Part shown: piece by piece, positions 1 through 14,200 of the stretch
Layout: every line of letters starts with the position of its first letter
Numbering within the stretch: position 1 is the stretch's first letter
Assembly: GCF_902652985.1 (NCBI RefSeq)
Contig: NC_047016.1
Location: 29,078,001 to 29,142,000, forward strand
Length of the DNA: 64,000 bases
From: Pecten maximus
Lineage: Eukaryota
Direction: 5' to 3'
Program-made: the position numbers and the translations under genes
The notes under the pieces: model-generated
The model's database searches: none
What the model was told of the DNA's origin: nothing
The model's input: only the letters and a program-made list of their open reading frames with translations

Positions 1-3000
1 TTTGAATTGGAGGTGCTCTGAATGATTTATAGATAGTCTTAATGAAAACAGAGGGATGCAGTAACCATTGTCTTCCTATGATCTTTGCTATTGTTTGGAC
101 GCAAATGCCAAAATATAAACATATGTATATAACTCCATTACGACCTAAGACATCGGCAGTAAACCGCCTAATAGAAAATACATATAAAGCGGCTTCTGGA
201 TTGACATAATTACGAACCCTCAAATTTTTCTCAAACAATTGTGTTGTCCACTCATGTTTATGATCATCTGAAAATTTACAATTTTCCTATTTGTATTGAT
301 TGATAGATTGTTTGTGCACATTCCATGGTCCATTTACTCGTATCAGTACACAGTGAAGTACATAGCTATTCTTAAATTATGCAAATATTTAAATGGCAGT
401 ATTAACTTAAATGAAACGCATATACATACATAATTATACCATTTTATTAAGACATATTCCATGTTTCACAGCATACGCACAATTGGTATTTAAGAATTTT
501 AATCAGAAAGCTGATTAAGCCGAGGAGAGTATGTATATAGCTTTATCAGGGACCCTCGGAGGTTTACATAGATAACAAACCTTACCATGTGTTAATTGGG
601 AAACAATAGATTGAAAGGGATATTTGAAAGCTGATAAGATAGGTGTCGATAGTAGAACAATGTATTGTTTCATTAGCACCGTTTATCCGGTTTTTCTCAT
701 GAATTAAGAAGCGTAACTTTGTATTTCGAATTAAATCCATGCCTACTTTTACCAATACCTGGGTAGTATCTTTAAGTTTCCGTGAATCTGTATCGATTCC
801 AATACATGAATATACTTTATATATATATCAAACGAAAATATGTCGAATATACTATAAGAAATACGTCCCTGATGAGACACAAATGATAACGATTTCTCAT
901 CTAAACAACACGGATACAATGCAAAGCTATTGTTACCTTTTTCATCATAGTAAATGTATATGATACAATCATTTTTTTTACAAATAGTACTGGTCAAGTT
1001 AAGATTGGAAAAAAATGTGTATATGATATTTCCGCTACATAAAACAACAACAACAACAACAACAGCAAAAAGGTCGATAATCAATTTAACCCGACACATC
1101 CTACATGTATCACGATAAAGGTTTTGGACGAGCAACTTTAACACGGCGGATTAATACGATTATCTACCGGAAGTGCCGGCTTTTTGCTAATTTTAAAATA
1201 GGCTGGAACTGTCGCCAGAAAAAAAAGAAAAATATTAGTTCGAGTCTTCGCATAACAAAAGTGCGTTGTGAAATTGAATCCCAGGATTATCAGCAGAATA
1301 CCGATATCTGATACAACACGTAACTTTTCAAGTTTTCCAAATCTTGTTTAGATGTTAGATATTTTTGTCAAAATATGCAGACTATATCTTAAACACCGAA
1401 CAATATGTATATTCGCGGATATTCTATCCCCGATTCGATTCAAGTATATTCTGTTTATCAAAGTATAAGGGCTTTTTTGTTGTTAAAAAGCACAAATGAT
1501 CACTAGTGGATAAGGCATTCGTCAATTAAAAGATAATGCTTATATTTCAATAACATGTATTCATAACCATGCTTCATGAGCCGCAAGTTAATCCCAATGC
1601 TTATCAAGCCGGTCAAACTTAATCCCGAAATATTTATAAATGAGATTAGGAAATGCACTTTATTCCTTCATTTGTTATTCTGATATCTTGTGTATGTATA
1701 ACATTCACCAGACCGCCTATACAGTATATTCCAAATATATACCAACACTTAAAGTCTTGTTGCAATGTTGGCAGATTTGCACATTCGAAGTATTGACAAT
1801 ATAAGTGAAAAAAAAGAGATATTTGTCAGGACAGACGAACAAGCTCGAAATTAGAATTGATTTATTATATCAAAATCACACCGGAAAGATGATACACATC
1901 GTTATGATTATGGACCATCTGCTTAAAAAATCTTTTCTTTCTCAGCGAATCGTTTTTAAAGTAAAATGGGGATATTTGGATCTATATTCATGCAGAGAGT
2001 CCGTAAACCGTTAGCGGTAAATAACACTTTAAATAGCCACTTGGATGTCACATTCATACTAAACACCGCTATCAAATGTCTTTTTATTGCAGAGACAGCG
2101 TACATAACTTCACAAATAAGCTAGCAATCGTTCATTATATCGATCTATGCCTTAAAAAATAGGGAACGATACTGGTTAAGTAAATATGACTGGGCCGGTT
2201 TTGCTTCACTATATTCTACAGGATGCTACGTTGTATAACGGTAGATTTTATCAGAATAATAAGTCAGTCTTCAAAATCTCCTCAAAGAGGCAAACAAAAC
2301 TTTAAGACATTAAAGAAATGAAACACCGCATTGCTCTCCGTCCTCTCAAGATGGACACCCATCATGTACTTTATGTAATAAACATAACCTCCGTGGTAGT
2401 AATATACATCAATACAACTCTTTTCAAGATGAACATTAAACATTCAGATGCTTTTCTCCCTATTATTTTTATGGTTTCATTTTATGTTAATATTTCAAAA
2501 CACTGATAATCAAAACAATGTATTGTTTGAAACATTATTCATGTATTTTATGTGTTAACACACGAATAAATCGGAACTGTCGTTCCTTAAAACAGCTGGG
2601 TTATTGATAAAGTGTACGCCAATGCCATACAGCGAATGATATTACGAACATTATTCTTGCTTCCACGTAGGTATGATCTGTTGACAAATCGCAACATGAG
2701 AGATTTTCAGGAAAAAAGTGTTTGATTATTGGTATTATGACCCAATGTAAGTATCTTCGAGTACAATAAACACTTAAAACGTGAATTGTTGCAGATAGTT
2801 GACATGCAATGCAATGCCTTTGGCAGATGCGGAAGTGGGTGTCACACGCGGTGCAGCATTCAGGAACACCCGGATGTACTTCAAGGCTCTTCAAGAGTCA
2901 TTTACATGTCTCATTTTTCGTTCGTCGTCTGTATTTACTTCAGGATAAGGTTTGTCATCTGTATGGGGTGAAGCGGCTCATTTTGTTTTTGTTATTTGTA

Positions 3001-6000
3001 TACCTGACATTGTTTTTTCGTCATGAAATATCTTTAAATAAAACCCAACAAAACATATGTATAAAGCTGATTGATAGATATCACACAAAATAAAGAGTAA
3101 TTTTTTATCCTTTCTATGATAATAAATTACCAAAGAATGCAAACCCCTACATTCACCTCATTTTGAAAATGAGACGAAACCTGGAATTGACCTACATTTG
3201 TATGGTTAGAGTCGTCGATGAGGCGGACCCTCCCGGAAAACCTTATCTCAATCTCGATGTACTTTGTCAAGGGTCTCCATGTAAACATCTATTCCTGCTG
3301 GTATTTTGTCCTAGTTTTGAGTTAGATTTACGGCTTCGTAATCATGTCGGGATTCTCTGCTGTTTCAATAAAACAGTTCTATAAAAATAGAAACGAGACA
3401 GAAATAGAAGTTTGGGTATTTTATTATAGGAATGTTTCGGTTACAGAGAATAGTATCGTGACCTAAACTGGATGTACTTGATCCAGCTACTTAATCGGTG
3501 TCATTAGCCCCACAATACGCTATACGTTGTTTATACATATTGTGATGATTTTTGGGTGTTCTGACATACAGAACGGCCAATACTAGGAATGATACCGCTA
3601 TGTTTTCACGAGATACATGAACAGATACACAATCATTAAAGTGCATGTGTCTGTAAAGATACAAGACACTTTTCACGGCACTAAGGAATACTCAATTCAC
3701 GTAATCAGTGATGACGCAATCTACGGTCTTATCAATGGAAACATCTCCCTGGTTGCAGTAAGACACGATTTCAACTTCACTGAGCGCTTATGTACAAGAT
3801 CTTATCCACGTAACGTTAATGCATGTAATGTGATCTTATTAAGCATTGAAATGACTCCATGTAAAGAAATACTACCTTACAATATAAATACGGCTACCTT
3901 GTGTCCATCGTCAGTATAATATACCATAGGCGGATGAGTGGACTGATAAGTAAGTATATATACAGACGTTTTACTCGTATAGCACAACTCCTAATGCAAC
4001 ATTTTGATACAATAACTTATTTCATCAGATGATAAAATTACCACTTATATACATGATAGAATTATACACATGTATCATACTTTATTTTATAGGTATTCTT
4101 TTTAATTTCCATAATTTTAAGAAAATATTGAAGTATTTTGGGTAATTCGGAAATATACTGCTTAATTAAAATACTCTTACTATGTAAAACGTCTGGAATT
4201 GTTCAGTCTATGTCAGTGTGTATCTCTAATTCCAGAAGTAAATAACATTATAAGCAATGTTCAAATAGTGTATTATAGGATTTGATTAGTTTTGTTGCTT
4301 AGACAAACAAGTTATTTTTGTTAAATATTTTATCCCAATAGAAGAACTATAACTAGCATTGGATTACGAACTGGATGGATAAAACTCCTATCATACGTCG
4401 GAATGCTTGATAATGATTGCAGCATGTATTTTGTCGATTATTACTATCTAATTTAAGTCTGGTGTGTTGATGGTGATTGGGATGTATGCTATACCAGGTA
4501 AGTTTATTGCTACGAACAGAACGGAAAAACCTATAATAATCAGTAAATATACCAAAGTTTAAGACACTAAAGATATTTTCAATAAGTGTTATTTCAATTT
4601 TCTTCTGGTTTCAACTATTTGTTTTCGATGATATGCATATGTTTACAACCAAGCAATGTTTATTAATACTGTTTTTAAACTTTGAGAATGTATCAGAAAT
4701 TATCGGTAATGTATGATTAAAATGAATCTATTAAACACCTCAATTTATGACCTTTTGGTTGTTGATTGTTTCACATTTTGCCAATAGGGAAACATTATTT
4801 ATTGAAGTGAAAATTTTAGAAATTGTTTTTATAAGGATTTGACCAGGATTGATAATACGGTTGTCGCGGCGATAAGGCAGAATAATATTATCCTTCAAAA
4901 ACTTCTGCCTTAAAGTTACATCGGGCTCCTTTTAGATTTATTTTGTTTCCCTCGTTTTGTTAATTTCGGTCAAGTTAAACGTACATGTTCTGTTATTATT
5001 TACCTTGCCCTTGTGTGGGGTTTCTGTCCATCAAAATATGCACTGTAAAGACATTTCATTCAGGAAAAATTAGTTAAAAAGGGTTGTGGATAATTTATCC
5101 TACTTTGTTTTGCATAAAGAATGAACAACTTCCTTGATTCAGCAATATATGTTATAACAGTGAAACTTATCATTACAACTAGTTTGACAAGCTTCATCTG
5201 TAACAAATACGGGATGATTTAGTACTCATTTCAAGAGTTTCCATGCAAATCTATATCTTATTTGCATTTCCCCCCTTTTTTGTCGATTTTGACTTAGAAT
5301 TACGGTTCCATTCGAATGTCGGTATTATACATTTGTTGAGATGTATCGTAAATAACAGTTAATGAAAGTTGTACTGATCCGCTACAAAGTAGCATATATC
5401 GGTACCTCGTTAAACTGTCATTCACCAATGTTCATATTGACATTATAGAGCATGGATTTCTAGGTACAATTTGTATGTTTTGTATTACTCTCTATAATGG
5501 CAGCCAACGGACGGTATATCAAATGTAGTACATTTACTATCTAAAAATGCATTCAACTAAATCATATTTGAAAAATGTATTTATTTCTCATTTGAAGGTC
5601 ATTGTACATCATTATAACATTGAGCAATAAACACTAAAACAGTTCACAACATTATTTAAATACTTACATACAAATATTTGATAACTAAAAACATGCGCCT
5701 AGGCTAGCGATAGCCACCTCTATCGATTTGATATTTCTAAATATACCTGGCATTTAAACATGAAATGTCATACAGAACAGAATCAGCGCGTGACAGCTGT
5801 ATGTTTTCTATGAACAAGATCTATATGGTCTAAACAAACAACGTTAAACTTTTCAGGTTTCTATATATTTCTCTTTGAGGAGTAACTTCTGGATATTAAC
5901 CATTTATTATTTTACTGATTTATTTATTTGCCAAATGATTATTATCGTACGCTATTGATATTGGCGGGGGTCGATTTAATCAGGGTGTGGTTAACTTGTT

Positions 6001-6064
6001 TAAATTATCTGAAATAGTTGACAATAAATTTGATACATTTATACACTGTTAACCACTATTGAAT

Positions 6065-6121
6065 AGATTAATCAATGACAATTCATTTGTCTAAGATTAA
6101 TCAATGGCAGTTCAATTGTCT
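6065..6121. repeat. 29-bp tandem duplication containing two ATTAATCA (TGATTAAT) sites
   Basis: AGATTAATCAATGACAATTCATTTGTCTA / AGATTAATCAATGGCAGTTCAATTGTCT. Confidence 0.75.
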
Positions 6122-9100
6122 TTGTGAAAAAGTGTGTTATTGCCTTGGTACAACAAAACACTGACTATGTACAAATCATTTAGGTCGATATTATTACATT
6201 GTTAATACTTAACTTATGTTTTCTGGTTTTGGCTGTTCGTATTACATAACACCGACTGATAAATAAAGATATTATCTTAGTTCCCACTCAACAAGCTACA
6301 TAAAATACAATCAATATCAGAAAAATAAAAATACAGATTTACAAATATTTTCTGCATAATTAAAGAAATGAAACAATATACAAGTATTCTCGTAAAACAG
6401 GGTATATTAGGCAAAAGAACAATTCATGCATTGATGCATTCATATGTAATAACAGTAACTATAAGACAACATTGTCATATTTTACCCTTTTGACGTCATA
6501 AATATCTGATAAAAATGAATGAATATTTAGGTATTGTCTATAGATACACATTCAATCAATGATTTTGATATATTAAACACTTATTAACCTAGACTTTCGG
6601 TAGGCGACACTATTATCAATAATAATAATTACGTCTGATGTATATACTGTGAATGGCAAATGCTAATTATTTTACTAAAGATAAACTGTATATTTTTCTT
6701 TTTTTATCCGGAATATTTTGCGTTTATATTATGTAACGTTTTTTACTGACTGTGATACACGTTGGATGTAAATATTCACATAATGATATATGAATAATCT
6801 TGTTTTTCAATACACATATTCATTACTGCAATATGAATTTTGACAGATATGTAAATTATTACATTCATTGATGTAGCAAAATTTCATACTATTTATCGCA
6901 TAAAGAATATTTCCCTTTATGCGATATCTTTCATTATCTGCGAATAGACGATGTATTATGTTAAACAAAGACAATTGAGGAAGTAGTTTTCCTGGCCTTT
7001 GTATATAAAAACACAAATACTAAGACGTATTTTAATAGGTAAACTCTTACTGTGTTTTTCTGATGTGCTGACGTTATGGTTGATTTTTATTTCTAGTGTA
7101 TGTAATAAAACTGTATATAAATAGCACATGATAATATGTTTCGTGTATACTTATTACGTTATATCAACGGAATATATAATTTTGATATATAACATATAGC
7201 AGTTTGACATTCTTTTTTGCACTAAAAAAGTTTTTTTATACTTTGTTTCTCGGTGAGTAAATGGGACAATAGGAAATTAAACAAAATCTAATAGAATAAC
7301 ATTGATATTCGTTATCATATAGCTTAAACTAAAAGAATTGTAATTAGTATATTACGTTACACCATCTTTATGAGTAATCATGTATCGAAATTCTCGTACA
7401 ACAAATAGTATCTGCTAACCCAATGTTAGTATTGTTTACAACACTTCCTAGAGACTATCTACAGCTGACGTGTTTAGATGCCCAGGAGATTCACTACCAC
7501 GGGAAAAGCACACGATACGGCCATAAATATTAACAGCCAATGACAGATGTCGAGATTGGAGATCAATTGAAACATATTGAGGTCTGGACAGACGGCGGTC
7601 ATCCTGATGTTAATGACCACTAGTGAATATCATAATACCCATGTCTTTATGTCCAGCACGTGGACATGAATGCGCTCCATTTAACTGACCGTTCCTCATC
7701 ACACCACGTGAATCTTAAGGTCAGATTTCAATGATAAAACTCTTCACAGTTGTACAATTCCTGATTTAAAATTTTATCAATAAATGTGTACCGCATTGAT
7801 TACTAGCAAATTGACTTTTCATTTGACATAAACATGCCTGAAGCACCATTTGTAAATATATAGATTATCTGACACGGTCCAGTGAAACTAATCAACCAGA
7901 TACGATCGTAGATGTCTACAAGGCTAAACTAAATTTCTAATATATTCAAATAAATATTTAAGTTTTATCGAAATAATTAAAGCGGTTCCTGATCTAATAA
8001 AGTCTTATGCTTATTACCAAAGGTAATTGTTATCAAGGATAATACATATTTAACGGTAACGTAATTCATCCTTTAAATACATACATACATGTACATATCT
8101 TTACATATTTTTGTAGGCCTAGTCAATTCTTATGCTCATCACGATTCAAGGCTTGATCGCAGGATGCCACAAACATTTAGCAAACTCTTTTCTGCCGTTG
8201 AGTTCAAATCAAATAAAAATATCCAATTAAATATGTTTAGGAAGAGCAACTGGTCATTGACCTAGGGGAAGGCTCAGTTTGTATGTAATATTTAATACGA
8301 ATGTACAAAATTTCTTTAAATTATCGAAACGAATTTTATATAGAGCCACAATGACTTAAAATAACTTCAAAAAGGTATAACAGTATGCTAATAGAAATAA
8401 TAATATAAAAAATAGAAGAAAAAATGGAAAATAAAAATAAATAAACAGAAGTATAAATGACGTTTTTCATCATTTGTGATATACTTGGGTTAAGTGCAAT
8501 CTGATCATATGATTCAAAGTAAGTGTACGTGTATCGATAGAGACCAAAAATACGTCAACCATTACCTGTCAATAACTCAAATAATAGTTTTCTCATTACG
8601 TGTAGAAAGGAAATGGGCACCAAAACGTCTGACGAGAAAAACGTATTCTTAAAAAGGGGGAAACAATACTTATTTTAGAAATTAATCCATAAAGTATGAA
8701 AAAAAATTAACAACGAGAAAAATTGACGAAATTCCACATACGATACTGACCTTACGAGGATATAATATGCAAAAGAATCAGGAAAAGTGATTTGAATAGG
8801 CCACAAACAATTGGAGATAAATTGATAAAGGTTCAGAATAAACCTGTTTGTGCTGGGAGGAGGATTAAGTAAGGAACTTGATCCAATCGCATTCCCTGTT
8901 ATCATGAGGCAGGCAAATAATTACAATCAATATCACAAATCGCCCGAAGGATACACTATCGAGAAAAATGTCATTGGCAATTCCCATTGGTCGAAATGCT
9001 TCACTTCAAACCAACTTGCGTTGATCTTTTGTGGTATGTGGATAGGCGAAGATGTAGTAATTGAATCTGTGGGAACGTCAGTTAGAGATCGTGAGTCGTG

Positions 9101-10408
9101 CCAAACAAACCATAGGCAATTATCTATAGAGAGTCGGTTTGTGTTATAGTTATTTTCTATTTTCCCTATGGAAAAGTTTAAAATTAGAGCAATGCTATGA
9201 CAACAGGCTATGCGTTTCCTATACGAAAAGTATTTATGTGGACGTCTTTCTACCACTTTGTGATTTCTGAGAGAAGTCTGAAGGTCAAAAATATCTCTTT
9301 AAGCATGTACTATCTTTAATTAGTAGTATTAATATTTATTCCAATTAACTTCTTCTTATAGAAAAAAAAGTATCTTGAAATATACTTGAAATAACCTACC
9401 TTTGTCTTTTTTCTATATCTGGGATTGTAATATTACACAACGCCCCTCATCTTGTGTCTAATGCTCAATTCTTATTAATCCAGTTCCCAGATCTGCCGCC
9501 AAAACAAGACGGATGCAGATGGTGAGAGTAAAGGCCGTTTCGTACAGGAAGCGATAAACCTTTCAATGTCTTCTCCCAACCCCATACCACATGATAAGCT
9601 AGTAGGTGTCGTAATTGGTCTATTTCCGATTTGATGCTTTTATTACTTATTTACATATGTAACTTTTAATTACTTAATTGTGGTTAAGAAACCGATACAT
9701 TTAATTACATAATTGCGGTACCTACGATTAGTGTCGGGCTATTCCCGACGGAATATCTTCAACCTGCCATGTATTCATTCTATAGAAGGATCCTGTCATG
9801 GGATTGTCAGTATTACTACTAGTTTATACGATCGGCGTTTAATTGGCAGGGTTAGTTGAGTGCATTAACACACCATGGCATGTAACAATTAAATCATTAG
9901 TTTGATAGTTAAGCAAAGTAATCGTCACCGCATAGCAGGTACGCGAACAAGTAAAATAATTTCATGTTTTCCTGTACATAATTAAGATATCTTTCTACAA
10001 ATAAATCTTTTAAAACATATTCTGTTTGTGATTTTTGTGCATGTTAAGGCTTTAAAAAGAAAACATAGAATGGTAAATAAAGAGTAAATTGAAACGAAAT
10101 CACGCTTATTAACCAGATTAATGATTTGTTAACAGTAAAAAGTTTGTATCATTGAGCACTGTAAGAAAATAGTTAATGAAATGCATTTACACTGCTCGGA
10201 TTTGCATACATTAATATGACTATTATGTTTCGCCTGCTATCAATAACAAAGCATTAAAAATGTATCTAAATGGAATTTCAGCTATGCATCAATCTGACAT
10301 TGAACCTATACCCCTTGGTAAAATGCATGCTATTTAGATACAATCTATACCGTACTTTTTACTCAATACTTATTTAATTCCTACAAAAATACCATAATGA
10401 TATTCCAA

Positions 10409-11298
10409 TTAAAGGTGAGTCAGTTTTGGCACATAGTCATAGCCCTGAGAGTAACAGTTATTTACGCTACTGACCGCACAAGGCATGGTGGACGGGTATA
10501 TAGAGTTAACTCCCATGTTGACCCCGGGATCAGTGTCCTCCATGGGGTTTACATCCGGGTACATATTATTCATATAGTGACCGGAGTGATAACCTTGACC
10601 GGGTTGGCTCACGTGTAGGTACTGTTGATGTGACGTCATATGTTGTTGATGTTGATGATGCTGAGGAGGTTGTTGCTGTTGATGAGGTTGGCCCATATTT
10701 TGCATGTTCATATTTGGGCCATTTTGGTGATGGGGATTAGGGGACATTGATGGTTTCATTAAAGGAGAGTTGGGACTCTGCTTCTGTTGGTACTGCTGAT
10801 AAGGATTCATGACATTTTCACCTGGATAAGAATTAACTCCGATATTAGTCTGATTTGAGTGGGGATGAGGTTGAGGACTGGGCAGCTGCGGAGAGTGCTG
10901 TTGGGCCATCCCTTGGTGAATAGATAGTCCCATCCCAGGCTGGATTCCGTGCCCGTTCACATTGCCGTGACTTAGACCATCCGGACTAAGTTTACCGCCA
11001 CAGTCACTTCCTAAACCATCCGGTCCTCCCGACAAAGATCCTTGACTATCACTGTCCGTTCCGGAAAGATTACCCCCGTCCAGCCGTCCGCATTTATCAG
11101 AAGATTTATGTCTTTGTTCCTTTTTAAATTTCATTCTCCTGTTTTGAAACCAGATCTTGATTTGTCGCTCTGTGAGATTCAGGAGGGCTGCCATTTCTAT
11201 CCGTCGTGGTCGACATAAATATCTGTTGAAGTGAAATTCCTTTTCCAGTTCCACCAGCTGGGCGCTTGTGTAGGCGGTCCGGGCTCTTTTGGTTGGTT
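10409..11298 (-). CDS. Hox3: Hox3 homeobox protein, coding exon 2 (homeodomain and C-terminal tail)
   Basis: Acceptor gatttcatttcag|AA at 11299/11298 completes codon G|AA (Glu) in frame with exon 1. Homeodomain [60 protein letters not shown] (11293-11114) is PG3-type. The protein ends VPKLTHL-TAA, like vertebrate Hox3 APKLTHL. Total 470 aa from ATG 15438, or 503 aa from 15537. Confidence 0.97.
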
Positions 11299-14200
11299 CT
11301 GAAATGAAATCGTGTTTCAAGTTATTTTCAAAGAAGAATTTTTTGTACCAATAACTGTTATATATATAAGATGACTACCTACAGTTTTGCTAAATCAAAA
11401 CAACTTCCATTGATGTATTTTCCATAGTCCTTTGAAATAATGTAATATTACTTTGCCTTGGTTTTATATACGGAAGTTATTTATGTTTGTAAAGCAAACA
11501 AAAAGGAAAGGAAAGAATATTCTAGATCGGTGAATAGTCTACTTATAATTCCCTTAATTTTTCAAGCATGCATATTTATCCTAACCACAGAAGTTTGTTT
11601 GAGCTTAATTTTATATTCTATGAGGGAAATCAAATTACTCCAAGTGATAGGATATAAATTCTGTACGCTGATATAGAAATATTTATTATTTTGAATTATC
11701 GTTTTTTTTACATACCACCTAAGACCTAAACCTAAGAGGACCGTCGGCATCCATAAGGTCAAGGAAGTTATCGATGATAGACGAATGCTATTTGGTTTTG
11801 TTATGGTACTGTTTCTGACGTGATTTTTCACATATCTTGTTTATCTTGAGAAATCAGCAGACTGCCTCGAACATTTAGCCATTCGCTTAATTCGTATAAT
11901 GATTAATTATTGATATCACTATTATTGCTTTTAATGGACAACATATTTTCTTACATTTCATCAGACCCGTTTTGATCTTTCCAATTTTTCTTCTGAAAAT
12001 TCTCCAAGATAGAAGCGCAGAGCAATTGTATTTTATGTTTATTTTTTAGTATTTATTTAACCTTACGCAGATTTCTGCTTTCATAACAATGATTGATAGA
12101 TAAATATATATTGATTAATTACCATTTCAGTGTTCTTATTTATGTTGATGTAAATCAATTGTTTTTGTTTTTCCTGATTGTCAATATAATCATATATGTG
12201 CAATTTGAATCTTTACAATTTACACGAGTAATTGGTGTATTTTATTGAAATATATATCCTCATAAATTGGCGTATTGTATGCGCATTCAAGCGGAACGAT
12301 ATATTGACCACAGTAATTTCTGTTTTATGGATATCGAATGATGTTACTATAATTGATATATTAAATGGGAAGATTAAAAACACCTTGTTCATCTGAAAGT
12401 TATCTATTTTGCTAACTTGGTACAAATTGTTTTGATCCATTATTATATTGACAAACAGGAAAAACGAAAAACAAGTCCAAGGACAAGATAATAGATATGG
12501 ACGCTAGTTCTACTTTAATACAACTATTGAAGATAGATGAAGATATTCTATAACACAATTTGGGCATTAATATCAAATTATGTGCAAACTAGGTGTATTC
12601 ATGATGTCGCCTAAAAACATCAAACCAGATTTCATAATTTTAAATCATCCAAAGTAGGGCAAACAGCTAAATAAACCATTAAATATCAATCAAATAATAG
12701 ATGCATTAAACTCATTTATCATTAAAATATAAAAACGTAATGTTTAGATTTTTTTCTACAATGTAAGCCATTTTTGACGTTGCTATTTATATCCTGATAT
12801 AAACAATCTCTGAAATGTATATGATAATATCAGCATTATTTAATGAATCATCTAAAATCATGAGTTGGATATAGATGAAAAATTGAAGATAACAGCTAAA
12901 AATGGTATTCTATATTTTCAAAATGTATTGACGTAAATAATAGATATATACTTGGAGAAAAATAGCAAATAATGAACTTTGTAGGTATGTATCGTTAACA
13001 CAAGCGCAAAAATTACAGAAAACATAGAAAATATAAATATAATAATCAAGCAAATATTCATGGAAATAAAAATGTTAATGTAGTTATTGTCGGAAAGTAA
13101 AACGAAAAAAAAAAACAAAAACAAAAACAAAACAAACAAAACCTGCGGTTATTGTGTATTTTTACACCAAAATGATTATACTTTAGTTGGAATGAAACAA
13201 TCTTATTTGAATATCAATGTAGAGAGGTACACAAGTTGTATGCATATTCATCAATGAATGTATAATTTATACTTCTCGTATTGTCTACTCAACAATTCTC
13301 GTATGACATTAAATTGGCATTTTATTTCCGTCAACCATGCGTGACCTATTTGTAAAATAATTATGAATTCAAGCGTATGATAGTTTTAATGCTTAACTGT
13401 TTTTACACATTCAATCAATATTGATTGATCAATTTGCGAACATGCATGTCATTTGTATTATGTTTCCGCATTAACTTTGATATCACCTATTTTTGGTTAA
13501 TGTACATAGCTCATAATATACTATTGAAATGCTCGTAATTACTTCTATCGACCTAACATGAAATAAAATATGATATCAATCAAATGATCGAGAAATAAAA
13601 AAGGTATATTTACGTAACCGAAAACACAAACACAACGAATTAATGAATATAAGTTTGTGTATGTTATGTACAATACACATATCCGTTACTTAATCAATTT
13701 CCATGTGATATGTTTTTGTATGAAAGAGGCAATCTATTATTTGCAATTTCGGTTATGTCATCGTCATTTAGATGTCTTGCTTTCGAGACAATACTAGTTG
13801 CTACAATACATATGGGGAACGTATGTTTTATATCGATATTCTGTTATTTTATCAAATTGCGTTGCAATCATACCTCTGACATATTGGCAGTAAATTATAT
13901 ATATATAGAAAATATCTTAATATGTATCGTAGTTACATTCTATTAACGTATTCTATCACTCAATATAATATACATGCATATACTTAAACAATACAATATA
14001 CATCTTGAATTATTGTAAAATAGAACAATGATAAAGTATATTGGAATACATTGTATCGATTAATTAATGATATATTTCTTTCAAAAGTGTTATGGTATTA
14101 GATAAAATATTTCAGTATTAAGTAGGTAGATCTGAACTGTATTGAAGAATGTAAAACTACCGTGTCAGTGTACGATTCTCATCCCAACAGAAGCGTCTAT

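Noticed and set aside
739-9256. Short ORFs of 60-131 aa here and throughout the window
   Set aside because: AT-rich random-ORF composition, no motifs, no consistent exon structure.
11299-11320. ORF-track start MKHDFIS for the homeobox ORF
   Set aside because: Intronic read-through from a TTG codon; the true exon begins at the acceptor at 11298.
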